A stretch of 63,186 bases of DNA, filler included, from Diploschistes diacapsis (GCA_023645945.1; 21 parts of 21 records of this genome joined end to end with filler, not necessarily neighbours in it), one strand, 5' to 3'; positions 47,408 to 61,335 are shown, counted from the first letter of the whole stretch. Translations and numbers: made by a program. The notes: generated by a model not told the origin, from the sequence alone.

Positions 47408-47901
47408 TCAATCCTCCCTCCGCCCCGGACCCAGCAGCCCCCTCCTCTCCACATCCGCCACCGCCACCTCCTTGCTCCCATACAGCACGTAATGCTGCAG
47501 CATAAAAACCACGTCGAACGCGATCGATATATTGCCCAAGAAGAACTTGACCGGGTTGCCCGTCACGCCGCTCCAGTCGCTCTGCAGGCTCGAATCTAAC
47601 AGCAGCTGCGCGACGGACAGCACGCCGCCGATCAGGTCGCACAGGACCTGCCCGATGCTCCATCCGACCGTCGACTTACGCCTGTAGTTGGCCCACACCT
47701 GTGGCGTGTATTTGACGACGGAGATGAGGAGCTTGGCGTAGCCGGAGGCGTAGATCTGTCAATCCTTTCGATAAGCCTCCGTTCCTTGGAGATTCGATGT
47801 CCCATCTCATGTAGCTGAACAGTCCAATCCGCAAAAAGCACTCACCACATCAATCCAACCCCACCCTCCTCTCTTATTCGCCGCCACCAACCCCGCAACC
47901 C
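47408..47901 (-). CDS. Cystinosin/ERS1-like PQ-loop transporter, 3' fragment
   Basis: [40 protein letters not shown]...NPVKFFLG...FMLQHYVLY. Confidence 0.9.
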
Positions 47902-48642
47902 NNNNNNNNNNNNNNNNNNNNNNNNNNNNNNNNNNNNNNNNNNNNTTAATTAATTAANNNNNNNNNNNNNNNNNNNNNNNNNNNNNNNNNNNNNNNNNNN
48001 NTAGGCACTACCCCCGCTGTTACAAATTAATTTAAAGCCCTGTAAATCGAATAATAGCTCTATCTAACTTTATAAATTTATTTAATTATATCTAATCGTT
48101 AACGTCGACGACGTTAACGATAAAAAATCTTTTTAAAATGATTAATTTTTCTTTCGGGACTATCTTCTTATTTTGATATATTTTAACAGCTTAAAGCATT
48201 ATTAGCCTCTTTTTTCTAATTTACTTCTATTTCTCCTACCTATTAACCTCGTAGAGTGCTTATTTTTTCGCCTAACGCGCGTTAGTAGTTTTTATAAGGA
48301 TTAAAAACTTATCTTCTATAATAACGATAATACGTTTATGTTTTTAGCTGTATATCGTGGTTTCTTTAAGCCTTTTATTTTTTATCGTTAAAAGCGTAAC
48401 TTTCGTAAAAATCTTTCCAATCGTTTTAATTATTTTAAGGAAACTTCGGGGCATTTTAAGCTCTTATCGAAAATCTAAAGTCGAGTTTTTTAAAAGATTT
48501 ATTTCTCGGAAGGTTCGAGACGTCGTAAATAAGATATAACGAGCTTTAAAAGCGTTAAAAAAGTCGTCGACGGCGTCGGAAATCTTAAAAACCGATTGAA
48601 AAAAATCGAAAAACTAGATACCGACGTTCTTTTACGCGGCGC

Positions 48643-49097
48643 TGTTACGATCCAAGTATCAGACTTGGTACGTCCCAGCTTTGTATATAGTTCAGTTACG
48701 GGACCGGGGGTCACATGATACGCTCATTACTCGCGTTCATTCTTATAAACGGCGAGTAAACTTTCGCTATCGTTCGATAATCGCGTTCATTCTCATGAAT
48801 AACGAGTTTCGAAAGTATCGTTCGTTAAATTTATAATAAGCGGCGAGCGAATTAATTATATATAAACACGACTTTCCTTTCGTAAAAAAAAACGTGTTCA
48901 TTTTTATAAATATCTTAAGTTATTATTCGGGATTAATCTATATTCGTTATTTTTATTATTTTAAAACCTTCTTTTCAGAAATAATTTAAGATCTATAATT
49001 ATTCTATCTTCTTCTTTTATCATATTTCTTTTTTAATAAAGATTAAACCCACCTTAATTTTACTTATATATATCTTATATAGATAGAGATCATAACA
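48643..49097 (+). mobile_element. LTR family A (455 bp), probably a 5' LTR
   Basis: TGTTACGATCCAAGT...GATCATAACA followed by TTGAG. Partial inverted copies end at 58422, 59554 and 59827, and a related start lies at 58616. Confidence 0.85.
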
Positions 49098-49639
49098 TTG
49101 AGTTTAGGTTTATTTAATTGACACCCGAAAACCCTCCTCCTCGACAATTATCGAAATTTAATAGAATTCTATTACTNNNNNNNNNNNNNNNNNNNNNNNN
49201 NNNNNNNNNNNNNNNNNNNNTTAATTAATTAANNNNNNNNNNNNNNNNNNNNNNNNNNNNNNNNNNNNNNNNNNNNGAAGATCGATAATAGATTTGTTTT
49301 AATCTTTAAAAAGATTGCTCTCTGATAATAAAAATAAACGAATATAAATTAATTTTAAGTAATCGCTAAAAATGTTTATAAAGATGAATATATCTCGACT
49401 TATAAAAATCATGGCGCGTTTTTATATAATTGATTATTTTTTAGCGGAGTAAATCAGTAGATAAATAAAATTACAGTTCTTTCGTTCTATTTACAAAAGG
49501 TAAAATAGCCTCCAAGGCTTTCTATTCATTATATGACCAGTGTCACCATAATTGAACTATATATAAAGAATGGTTGGGTTAGGCCCGATCAGCTGTGAAG
49601 TGCCAAGTGGATTACCACCTAGTTACTTGGATCGTAACA

Positions 49640-50451
49640 GCCTTCTGCCTGTCTGCTCAACAGATCCGATATATTTATATAATAACTTTTTATTGGGTCT
49701 CTTTTGTTATAAATTTCTGATTAAAAGCCATACCAGATCTCTTATATTGTAGGTCTTTAACTATCGATTTTGATCGTAATATTTTTTCTGCCATTCCTGG
49801 ACAACTATTAAATTATTTGTTAATAGTTTTCTTGCTTTTTTAATTTCTCTCAGCCGTTCTGTTACGGCTGGTACTTCTCTTTCCCTATATTCGTCCTCGA
49901 ATATCTGTTGTATCGTCGGCTCGTAGTCATCCAATGCTTTAAAAAGGGTTATTTTTGTACTATAATTTATAGAAAAATTGTACGTAAATTCGGCTAAATA
50001 TAATAGTTCTGGTTAATCCTCTTGATCCGCATCGCAGTATATTCGCAAATAATGTTCGATTATTTGGTTCTAGCGTTCTGTTTATTTATCGGTTTAAGGA
50101 TGGAAAGCTGTGTTAAACTTATTTTTTATTTTCGTCTAATAGCAGAAATCCGATCAAAAGAAATTTATAAATACTATACCTCGATCTAAAACAATTCTCT
50201 TTAAACCCCCGTACCTAATATAGACTTCTCGTATAAAAGTTTTTATTAATTCGTTTGAGCTTATTATTTTGAAACATGTTAGATACCGCATTATTTTAGT
50301 ATATCTGTTTATTATTATTAATATTGAGTCTATAACGGCTCCGTTGCTTTTACTCGGTGAGACTTTTATAATAAAATCTATTATGATTTCTTATTAGGGT
50401 CCCTAGGGTACTAATAATGACGTTAGATTATTATATGGTTTATATTTATGT
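49640..50451 (-). mobile_element. RIP-mutated Gypsy integrase core
   Basis: EIIIDFI, DSILIIINRYTK, IVLDRG, TAFHP*TDK*TER*NQIIEHYLRIY, LAEFTYN. Confidence 0.9.
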
Positions 50452-50551
50452 NNNNNNNNNNNNNNNNNNNNNNNNNNNNNNNNNNNNNNNNNNNNTTAAT
50501 TAATTAANNNNNNNNNNNNNNNNNNNNNNNNNNNNNNNNNNNNNNNNNNNN

Positions 50552-51725
50552 CCTCCCCCTCCACCTCCAACAACCAGCCCGCCATGCTCTACTACCGCCC
50601 GCACGAAACCTGGACCGCCCGCAGCGACTGGCGCATCCGGCTGCCACCAGGCGAAGACGTCGCCTCCATCGCCCTAACCTCCTCCTTCGTCATCTGCACC
50701 ACAACGGCCAACTATCTGCGCGTCTACACCCTCCACGGCCTCCCCTACCGCCTCTCCCGCCTCAAGCATAGCCCGGCCGTCACGTGCGCCGCCTGGCGCG
50801 ACTACGTGCTGACCGTCGGCAACGGGCCCGTCGCGCCCACGGGCCACACGACGCTGCTGTACAGCATCGAGAACGTGCGCAAGAACAGCACGTGCCAGGA
50901 CGGCGACACGGTCGCGCTGCCGGGCCCAACCGGCAACGGCAACGGCAGCGGAAGCGGGGAACTGAAGTCCGTCTTCTTCTCCGACCGCGGCGACCCCTGC
51001 ATCTACGACTCGGACGGCGTGCTGCTCGTGCTCGAGCACTGGCGCGTCCCGGGGCAGGCGCGCTGGGTGCCGCTTCTCGACACGAGGCGGCTCGAGCGGC
51101 TGGCGAGCGGGCGCAAGGAGGAGAGCTACTGGCCCGTCGCCGTCGCGGGGGAGAAGCTCCACTGCATCATCCTGAAGGGGGGGGAGCGGCATCCGTATTT
51201 CCCGCGCCCGCTGCTGAGCGAGTTCGACCTGTGCGTGCCGGTGGCCGCGGCGCCGCCGGGGGCGAGGCCCGGGGCCGGTGGCGACGGGGACGGGGACGGG
51301 GACGGCGATGGAGACGAAGGGGGAGAGGCAGGGCGAGCGGCGGCACGCGAGGCCGGCAGGCTGGAAGAGGCGTTCGTGCGGAAGAGCCTGCTGCATTCGC
51401 TGGCCGCGGATGCCGTGGCCTCGGCGCCGAGCCGCGTCCGCGTCCGTGCCCAGCGCGCCGCCCTCCGCCAGCAGGAGCTCGAGATCGACAAGACCCTGCT
51501 GCAGCTCCTCAACGTCGAGTGCAGGGAGGGCGAGGAGAGGGGGATGAAGGCGCTGGAGATCGTGCGGCTGATGCGGGACAGGAGCGGGAGGATGATGGAG
51601 GCCGCGAGGAGGATCGCGGAGAGGTACGGCTGCGCGGCGCTGGGCGGCAGGATCGAACAGGTGGCGGAGAGGAGGATCAGGGGGTTGGAGGAGGGGGACG
51701 ATGGCGACGGGGAGTACGGAGAGGG
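50552..51725 (+). CDS. CTF4: Ctf4/Mcl1/SepB replisome factor, C-terminal fragment
   Basis: YRPHETWTARSDW, YLRVYTLHG, FFSDRGDPCIYDSDG, ARWVPLLDT, ESYWPVAV, YFPRPLLSEF, IDKTLLQLL. Confidence 0.92.
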
Positions 51726-53099
51726 NNNNNNNNNNNNNNNNNNNNNNNNNNNNNNNNNNNNNNNNNNNNTTAATTAATTAANNNNNNNNNNNNNNNNNNN
51801 NNNNNNNNNNNNNNNNNNNNNNNNNTGTTTTTAGAATAAAGTAAAGTATTCTCGACATTAACGTGGTTTCGGTTACGGTTTTGGTTTCGGCACGTTAGTT
51901 GTATCGTACGATTGTCGGCTCATTTAAACGTTTGAAAAAATAGAAAAAAGTTAGAGCTTTAACGAAACATAAGATGTTATTATAATACTTTATAATATAT
52001 AATGTCGAGATAGAACGAGGGCGATATTAATTCTTTATATACGCTATTATTTCCTGGCCTTTGAATATGCGACCCGAGAGATATTAAGTTTAATTACAAT
52101 TATTATAAACGGGAATTAAGGAAGTATTAGATATTTAAATACTTTAGACGGGAGATCGGGTAGCGTTCGGTTCGAGTTCATTTAACGTTTTAGAATATCG
52201 CTATAACTTGCATGCGGGATCTTTAGTATTGAATATTAAATTACGCGGAAGCCGTTTTTCTTAATTGATTTTACGAGACGCTAGCTGAGGGAATTGAGAA
52301 ATGTTATATGTATAGATTAAAATATTAAGGGTTAATGGATGTGATTTAAAGATTCATATCTATCCGTGATTTAGATTTATAATGAGCCTTTTTTTATTAT
52401 AAGCTCGTTCGTATAATTTTGTTGGGACATAGTTAATTACCGACGTAGGCTATATTGTATCTAAAATCAGCTTTAATGATAAGATATATGCATTAAGATA
52501 ATCTAATCGACGATAGTTAAGACTGAACGTGTTATCTAGCGGATAACGTTCCATTCCATTAAACGTTCTTGTCAGCTCTTGATAGAGATAGATAGCTTAC
52601 TGTTTATAGCTTTTATTTCTGGATGAATCTTGGCTTATTGTTCTGAGTAAAGATTCGGTTGGTTTCTAACATTTTTAATAAGTCTTTTCTATTGCCGCCG
52701 GACTGTAAAGATATCGTTCACAAGTTTTCTCCGACTTGACGTTGGCGATAATAGAAGGGTCTTCTATTTCTATTAGAAATAAAGGACTGGTCGGTCCGGG
52801 AACTGATTTACGAAATCGTGATTATCTAGGATTATAACGAAGTAATATTCCTGATATTAGAGTTATTATTATTACGAGGGCTAGTACCGGGAATATAAAT
52901 ATTAAAATTCGGATTTATTATCTATTTAAATTCTTATGCTGGCCAGAAATTATTAACTAGCTATTATAAAGTTGTGAATGACATACCTTGCTCTTTCGCN
53001 NNNNNNNNNNNNNNNNNNNNNNNNNNNNNNNNNNNNNNNNNNNTTAATTAATTAANNNNNNNNNNNNNNNNNNNNNNNNNNNNNNNNNNNNNNNNNNNN

Positions 53100-53560
53100 T
53101 TATACAAGTTAATTGATATGTAGGTTAAAGGTATTTTTAAATTAACGTACAAAATAATAATTCTTAAAATCGAAATCAAGATATTTCGTATAATAAATAA
53201 GGTATTTAATAAACGAAGAAGGATTAAAAAACGTCCCTACGAGCTAAAGGATTATTTAACGTATTAAAAGTAATCGTATTACAATTTTTAAAGATCGAAA
53301 TTCGTAATAAAAAATTAATATATCTAAAAATATAAGTCGTACGAAAGAAATCGCATTACGCGTACGACGTTATAATAAATATAATTAATCCGGGTATAAT
53401 ACGCGAACTTACGAAATAGAATCTATAACTTCTAAAAAAGATACTAATAATTAATATAATAAATTATCGTATGAATTAATTACGCAAATATAGTTGTAAG
53501 TCATATGAATCGAGAAGGATGTCCGCTCGCTATGAGTGTCCGCTCGCTATGCATATACGT
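53100..53560 (+). mobile_element. RIP-mutated Fot1/Pot transposase 3' end with decayed CCHC knuckle and right TIR
   Basis: RRYNKYN*SGYNTRTY de-RIPs to RRCxKCxQxGHNxRTC. TIR TGTCCGCTCGCTATGAGTGTCCGCTCGCTATGCATATACGT-TA is complementary to the TIR at 61336. Confidence 0.8.
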
Positions 53561-53893
53561 TACGTAATCTACGTACGTATTATTTACTCGATTTCCTTAT
53601 CGTACGTAATCTTAAGCGATCTAAAACATCCGATATCAAGAAATTAAAGAATATGCGATAAATAAACAGACATATAGAACAGAATGAGGTTGTTATTTTT
53701 ATAATAATTGATAAAAATCGATCGTACGATGGCTATTATGACTATCAAGAATTAATAAACGATATCTATTTATCGTAAGAGATTTTGAATAGTTCTAAAA
53801 GTGTTTTAATTAATTTAAATTAATTTTATTGGTAGTCTATCCGTTTTTATTGGGTCGTACGCGTTATGTGTCGGGTAAATCGCCGTTTTAATA

Positions 53894-54273
53894 ACGTGTT
53901 TCACGGGGATTCCGGCCACCCCCAGATTCCGGCCACTTTTGCCAAGAAATAGTTTAAATCTTCAATAATTCTTCGAAATTAATCTTTATTTTTATTTAAT
54001 TTAAAATATTACTTTTCACTCAATTGTCTACAATATGTAAAAAGTGCACATTGATTACGTCTTCAGTTAACTTTTTTAAGCGAATTAAGAATGAAGACTC
54101 GAAAAAACCTATTTTTGAATTTTTTAAAATCTACTTTAACTAAGCAAAAAATATTTTATTTAAATATATCATTACGAGTGGTTTTATGCGTAAAGCTTAA
54201 TAAAAATATAAAACAAATGTTTTTTCGACGTTATACGGTCGTTGTGTAACCTTTTTCATTCCTTTTTAGTCAT
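53894..54273. mobile_element. Fot1-type MITE left arm
   Basis: TA-ACGTGTTTCACGG with doubled CCGGCCAC motif; homologous to arms at 39513 and 60809. Confidence 0.75.
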
Positions 54274-54373
54274 NNNNNNNNNNNNNNNNNNNNNNNNNNN
54301 NNNNNNNNNNNNNNNNNTTAATTAATTAANNNNNNNNNNNNNNNNNNNNNNNNNNNNNNNNNNNNNNNNNNNN

Positions 54374-55547
54374 TTAGAATAGTAAATCTCTTAACTGACC
54401 TATTATAAAATAATAAGGACGGGAAGAAATCCGGACTTTTATCGTAGGGCGACCGGTAGCAGGCCGCGTTCAAAAAGTTGAAAATTAATTTTACTCGAGT
54501 ACCTATGCTTATACATTATGACCCAAAAACTTATATCCGGGTAAAAACCGATACGTCCAACTTTACTATTATAACGATTATATCCTAATTAATAACTATA
54601 AACGGAATATAACATCCCGTCGCTTTTTAATCGAGAAAAATGATTCCCGCCGAAAGAAATTATAAAACCCACGATCAAGAATTATTAACTATTATAAAAG
54701 CTTTTAAACATTAGAAATATTATTTAGAAGGCGTTCGGCATGCTATCGAGGTCCTTACGGACCATAATAACATAAAGGATTTTATAAATCAAAGTTTTTT
54801 AACCGGTAGATAAATAAGGTGGGCAGTACGTCTAACTTCTTTTAATTTTATTATCACGTACCGCCCCGGGAAGATAAATCCTGCCGATGTACCGTCACGA
54901 AAATTAGATTATTACGAAACGGATTATCAAATTAATAGATTATTGTTTATCCTAAAGCAAAAGCTTATTAAATTAAATAGGTTATCCGTTATATCATACC
55001 GAAGTATATCCGGTATTATACCGCAGGCCCTCCGTAAGAGCGCCGCGATGTTACGAAAATTTAAAGAATTCCGCCCTGGGCCAAAAAATCCGGAAGGCGA
55101 GGACGACGATAAAATACCGTAGATCCATCGTAGGTCAGCTGAAGCGCTGCCTACTTAAGAAGAATTAATAGTGAAATACCCACTTATCCCGCGAGCATTC
55201 GTGAAAGATATCACGAGGCGAGAGCTTATCGATACCTCACCTACGGAGAAGCTACTCGACTTAATACGTACCCTATATATAACGGACGGTTTTATTAAAA
55301 AGAAAATACTTTCTTTATCGTAATCTTTCCGTATTAATATCGCTGCTAAAACTGTATAATATTATAATAGCATAGGGTTACTATATTATAAAAACCGCAT
55401 ATACGTACCAAAACACGACGGTGTTAAATCGGAACTCTTACGATTAATTTACGATTATAAATTATCGGGTTATTATAGCGGGGAACGTATTTACGAGTTT
55501 ATAATTCGAAATTTCTATTAAAGAAACATACGGGGATATATCTGTCT
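54374..55547 (+). mobile_element. RIP-mutated Gypsy pol (RNase H to integrase zinc-binding region)
   Basis: PMLIHYDP, KTDTSNF, HPVAF*SRKMIPAERNYKTHDQELL, VLTDHNN, LLYYKNRIYVP. Confidence 0.92.
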
Positions 55548-55694
55548 NNNNNNNNNNNNNNNNNNNNNNNNNNNNNNNNNNNNNNNNNNNNTTAATTAAT
55601 TAANNNNNNNNNNNNNNNNNNNNNNNNNNNNNNNNNNNNNNNNNNNNGTCAGAAAGGGGGGGGGTCCGGAGGGGATGGGTAAGAAACAACATAC

Positions 55695-56105
55695 CCGTTC
55701 TCCCGCCAGCGAACTGCACATGCGTCGGCCTCTCCGACGTGCGGAAGGCGTCAAACATGGCCTTGCGGTTCGCGCGCAGGCGGTAGGCGAGGAAGACGCC
55801 CAGGGCCAGACCCGTCAGCGAGCCGATGGAGGCGTAGGTCGTGACTTGGCCGGCGGCTTTTTGGAGGAGCGTGCGGTCTTCGTCGCGGAGGCTTTTGGGG
55901 TGTTAGTGGGCTGGGCAAAGGACGTTGTCCATGGGGGAGAGGGTGGTGTTGGAGAATAGGGAGATTGAGGGATGTTGGAAGGGAAAGGGTAGGAGGGGGA
56001 AGGAGAGAATTGGGTGTCTGACTCGTGGCGGTAGTGGTCCTCTGCTAGAGCGCCTAGGTCGTCTCCAAAGGACTTGCGGAAGGCGGCGAGGGAGTCGGAG
56101 GACAT
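55695..56105 (-). CDS. Conserved fungal hypothetical membrane protein, 5' fragment
   Basis: MSSDSLAAFRKSFGDDLGALAEDHYRH|DLRDEDRTLLQKAAGQVTTYASIGSLTGLALGVFLAYRLRANRKAMFDAFRTSERPTHVQFAGGR, with canonical introns. Confidence 0.75.
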
Positions 56106-56457
56106 GGTAGGTGCGGGTACGCAGAGATGCGATTACGTCGGGATACAGGATCTTTTGCAGACCGCAATTCAGGCAATTCGAATATACTTCTTTAGCTTGG
56201 TGAGAAAGTGACTCACGATCTTTTCTTTTTCGATTGGAACTTTTCACTGACAGACAATACCTGGGGGTAGGTCGCAAAAATACTTTCTACTTCTCCAAGG
56301 GGCGCAACACTGACGTCGCTGCCATGCCACGCCGACGTCACGGGCCCGACCACTCCAATTCGACTACAACTTTGCCATTTTCGTCACTCAGAAGATTCTC
56401 ACCGTAATTCCAAGTTCCCCTCGAAGGGCAAGGACTGTGAAGCTGAGACTTCGAGCC

Positions 56458-56592
56458 ATGGTAACAAGCCCGTCACAATCGCTGTTAACTGCTATGGTTG
56501 TGGATATAGCCCGATTTCTCCTCTTGGCGGATCACCGGACCTTCGGACTGGAGCATTCTTAAGCTCCTGTACCTCAGGATCGTCCTGTTGAT
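56458..56592 (+). CDS. Possible first two exons of a divergent gene
   Basis: ATG|GTAACA...TAG|PDFSSWRITGPSDWSILKLLYLRIVLL|GTACG. Supported by splice pattern only. Confidence 0.3.
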
Positions 56593-57089
56593 GTACGATG
56601 TACGCGCGCGCGTCGGGAGCAGCCAGAAGGTGACTCAAAAGGCAACATGAGCCGTCGTCAAAGGCTGTGTTATATATAAAGAGGTTATAAAAGCCCTCCT
56701 GCAATTTCCCCACCCCAAAGCCCCAGCAGAATCCATCCGCACAAGCACTCCCATTCCTTCCATCTCCTATCCTGCACCCCCGATACATCCGTCCCCACAC
56801 CACAAAAGTACTCGATTTCGCNNNNNNNNNNNNNNNNNNNNNNNNNNNNNNNNNNNNNNNNNNNNTTAATTAATTAANNNNNNNNNNNNNNNNNNNNNNN
56901 NNNNNNNNNNNNNNNNNNNNNTCTTACATACTTTATATACCTTCTTCGACCTTTTAACTCTAACAAAATCTATTATAACCTCATCCTTATCTTTTTCACC
57001 GAAAAGTTTACTAAACACGTCCGATATAATCTAATTAAATAAATCTAATAAACTCTAATCAGCACTATTTTAACCTAAATAATTAAAAC

Positions 57090-57530
57090 ACTTACGCCAA
57101 TTACACGCCCTATTATACCCCTCAAACTACAATTAAAACACGCGTTCTTAAATACATATTAATCCGACTATAATTTCAACGAAACGCATCTCTTAAACTA
57201 TCCGAATCCCAATCGACACGATTTACATCTATCAAAATTAATCTAACCCGAAACGTAAATCGTTAATACGTTCAAATACCTAATATCCGGTTTAATTTCG
57301 ACCTTTTCCCCGACCTTAATACGATCAAGAAACCTCTTCCACGAACATAGAAACGTTTCTCGAAAATACTCCTTTAAATCCAAAATAACCACGACATCGT
57401 CAATTATCCAATCTAATCGATTCTATCAGACACAAAGCTAAACGTTCCAAAAACCTTATTTACTAAAATAGCAAGCTATCACCGCTAATACCTTCGCGTC
57501 ACAACTCATCTTAATCAAAACCGCCTCGTC
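57090..57530 (-). pseudogene. RIP-mutated DUF3716-like Cys-rich gene
   Basis: RYLNVLTIYVSG*INFDRCKSCRLGFG*FKRCVSL...FKNACFNC..., then ACNWR in a shifted frame. Matches the CxxC-GxGxF-C-GACxNC-C pattern. Confidence 0.6.
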
Positions 57531-60500
57531 CTCTATATTAGGCTGGCCGTTTAGTGCCACGGTCACTAACACGGACACTGTAGCAAAAATTTTCAAAACA
57601 CGGACACTAACACGGACACCGCAGAAAAAATTTTCTCGACACGAACACTAACACGAACACTATATTATAATAAAAGCACGAACACGGATACCGTAATAAA
57701 AAATTTCTCGACACGAATACTAACACGAACATTATATTATAATAAAAACACGGATACGAATATTATAATTAAAATTTTTAAAATACGGATATTAACACGG
57801 ATATTATAATATAATAAAAGCATTAATACGGATATTATAATTAAAAATTTTTTAATACGGATATTAATACGAATATTATAATACCGTAAAAGCACGGATA
57901 CGAATATTATAATTAAGATTTTTAAAACATAGATATTAATACGGATATTATAATATAATAAAAATACTAATACGGATATTATAATACAATAAAAGCATTG
58001 ACACGGATACCGTAATATAATAAAAACACGGACACGAGATATTGTATTAAAAAATTCATGTATTTATTAATATCATTCTAATATGTATATATTATNNNNN
58101 NNNNNNNNNNNNNNNNNNNNNNNNNNNNNNNNNNNNNNNTTAATTAATTAANNNNNNNNNNNNNNNNNNNNNNNNNNNNNNNNNNNNNNNNNNNNGTGTT
58201 TATATATAATTAACTCGCTCGCCGCTTATTATAAGTTTAACGAACGATACTCTCGAGGCTCGTCGTTTACGAGAATAAGCGCGAGCGTCGAGCGGTGGCG
58301 AAAACTTGCTCGCCGTTTATAAAAATAAGCGCGAGCAGTGAGCGCATCACGTGACCCCTGGTCCCGTGACTGATCTATATACAAAGCTAAGACGTGCCAA
58401 GTCTGGTACTTGGATCGTAACAGATTGATGAAGATAATAATTAAGAATGATAAGTGTTAAAAGTGGAAGTGAGGTGACTAAATAGGCAAGTAATGACTAG
58501 GGGAATATCTGCTAAATAGCTATACAATAATAAAAGTATATTATTGACGAAGGTAATGAATGAAGATAATATTAATGGAGATGAAGATTAAAGCTGTAGA
58601 TAGTGGGAGATGAAATGTTATGATCCAAGTACCAGACTTGACACGTCCTAGCCATTCGTTGTATCTAGAGCATTGCAGGTGACGTAGGTCACGTGATATT
58701 TGAACGAACTGAACTTCCGTTTAGATGGTTTAGGTGAACGAACTGAATCTTCGTTTATTTGGTTTAGGCGGTATTAGGTATATAACGCCGCCCGTTATGG
58801 TTTCGATAAGTTTGATATTGTTTGGTAACGTAATGGATATATTGAAGTCTAGAGGTCTTATGCTAAGAAATAATTTTATTATGCAGACTTTATATCTTAC
58901 GGGAATCGCTAAGCCTTACTACCGACATTACATTTGATCGATTTAGTTAGGATTCCACCAGATTTTATAAGATTTAGCCAAACTGAATTAAACTGAACCT
59001 CGATAAGTTTATTTAAACTAAACTTCCCGGGTTTTTTTTAGTAAATTTCTTGGAACAAGCCGAGCTTATAGTTATGTCTTCCGTCTATCTGTTTAATATC
59101 TCTTTGTAGACGGAATTATCTAATATGTTAGTTTATTTAAATATCTTTTCGATTAGGATCGATTGTTTTTGGTAAAAACGTTTTATTTTGTAGTATAATA
59201 ACGTTATCTTAAGCGTTGTAATTCCGCCAGCGATTATTTCGTAAATCTTGTTTTATATAATTCATTGTTCCGACAGTCTAGGAAACAATAATATATCTTA
59301 AATATATAAGATTAGAACTTGATTTTTTTAGCGTGATTTAAATAAAGAATTCTTTTCCTGATTTTGATTNNNNNNNNNNNNNNNNNNNNNNNNNNNNNNN
59401 NNNNNNNNNNNNNTTAATTAATTAANNNNNNNNNNNNNNNNNNNNNNNNNNNNNNNNNNNNNNNNNNNNAAGCGCATCACGTGACCCCCGTCCCGTGACT
59501 GACCTATATACAACAAAGCTGGGACGTGCCAAGTCTGGTACTTGGATCGTAACATAAATCTTCTTATCGGATATAATAATTAAGGATAAGTTATAATATT
59601 TTTATATATAATTAACTCGCTCGTCGTTTATTGCAAGTTTAGCGAGCGGTATCTTTAAAACTCGCCGCTTATAAGAATGAGCGCGATCATCGAGCGGTGG
59701 CGAAAGCCCGCTCGTCGTTCACGAGAGTGAACGCGAGCAGTAAGCGCATCACGTGACCCCTGGTCCCGTGACTGACCTATATACAACAAAGCTGGGACGT
59801 GCCAAGTCTGGTACTTGGATCGTAACATATAGATCTAGACCGCCCTTACCTACCAATTAAAACATACATACGCGTTATTATCCAAAAGTTAAGCTTAAAA
59901 TCGTCTTCTTTTCAGCGCATCCTCTTACTAGAAATAATAAGTTTTAACTATCTTTCTTGCGTGATTAATAAACTTCGATCGAAAATCCCTTATCTTTCTA
60001 ATTATTTATAAATAATAATTATAAGTTTTCGCGTATGGAATCTTAATTTATTATCTTTCAATCGGCTGGCTCGGGTTCTAAAAAAAACTTATATTTTAAA
60101 GATTTAGTAAGACAACGTTCCCGAGATTTTATTTAACATACCAAAACTAGAGCAATAGTAGATATCGAAGTAATATCTAGCTAGAATAATACCGATCTAT
60201 GTTTATATATTAAAATAGATATAATATATCGATTAATAACATCGTCTTTAATTATTTTTATATTATCGTTTTTAAATCTGCGATTCACGTATTTTCTTTT
60301 TAGTTTTTGTTAAGTTCGTGATTTTTTATGTTGTTCCGGCTCGGATCTTTTATATTTATCGATCGAATTGAAGTTATTTTAAGGATTATTATTAGTTATC
60401 GTGGTGGGTTTAGCTCGTTCGTGAGGCGATGAGTTTTATATGTCTATCGATTGCGGTATTGTAATTACCGAACGTGATCTTCGTGTTAAAGATAAAGACG

Positions 60501-60808
60501 TAGATTAACGAAGTTGTAAAGATGATTTATTGGATTTACGTTTTTTGGTCGATAGCATCGTCTCGGCCGCTTTGTGACCGCGTTTATTCGAACGATAATC
60601 GTTATTCTTCCATTATTATTGGATATTAGCTGAATTTAGAAANNNNNNNNNNNNNNNNNNNNNNNNNNNNNNNNNNNNNNNNNNNNTTAATTAATTAANN
60701 NNNNNNNNNNNNNNNNNNNNNNNNNNNNNNNNNNNNNNNNNNATAACGATATTTTCAATAAATAAACATATTAGAATTTAAAGTAACCATAATAGTGTTC
60801 TTTATATA

Positions 60809-61335
60809 ACGTGTTTGACGGTCATCTGGGCCACTCCCTTATCTGGGCCACTTTTGCAAAGAAATATTCTAAATCTTTAATAACTCTTCGGATTTAATCG
60901 TTATTTTTGATTTTTTTTCGAAACATTATTACTAGCTCAATCATCTATTCTACCTGAAATGTGTACATTGATTGTGACAGCAGTTATTCTTTTGAAGCGA
61001 ATTAAAAATAACGACTCGAAAACACGTATTATTTTATCTTTCTAAGTCGGTCATAACATAGGAAAAACTATGTTTTTTAAATATATTATTATAAGCGGTT
61101 TTATGCGTAGATTTTGATAAAAATATATGAAAACAGGTTTTCGACATTACATAGTGGTTGTATAACGTTTTTCATCATGTTTTAGTTATTTTAGATTTAA
61201 CGAAAACTAGCCGTCGTTAATTAAAATTCTTTAAATCCACTGATTTTAAAGAATAAGATCATATTACGACTGTATAACGTTAAAACTCCGTTTTTTTCAT
61301 AATTTTATTAAAATCTACGCATAAAACCGCTTATA
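60809..61335. mobile_element. Fold-back Fot1-type MITE interrupted by a transposon
   Basis: Left TIR TA-ACGTGTTTGACGG. Internal TATAAGCGGTTTTATGCGTAGATTTT (about 61090) is inverted at about 61310-61335. Confidence 0.7.

Noticed and set aside
51826..52999. LINE or other TE coding fragment
   Set aside because: RIP-like composition, but no diagnostic motif could be read in the frames examined.
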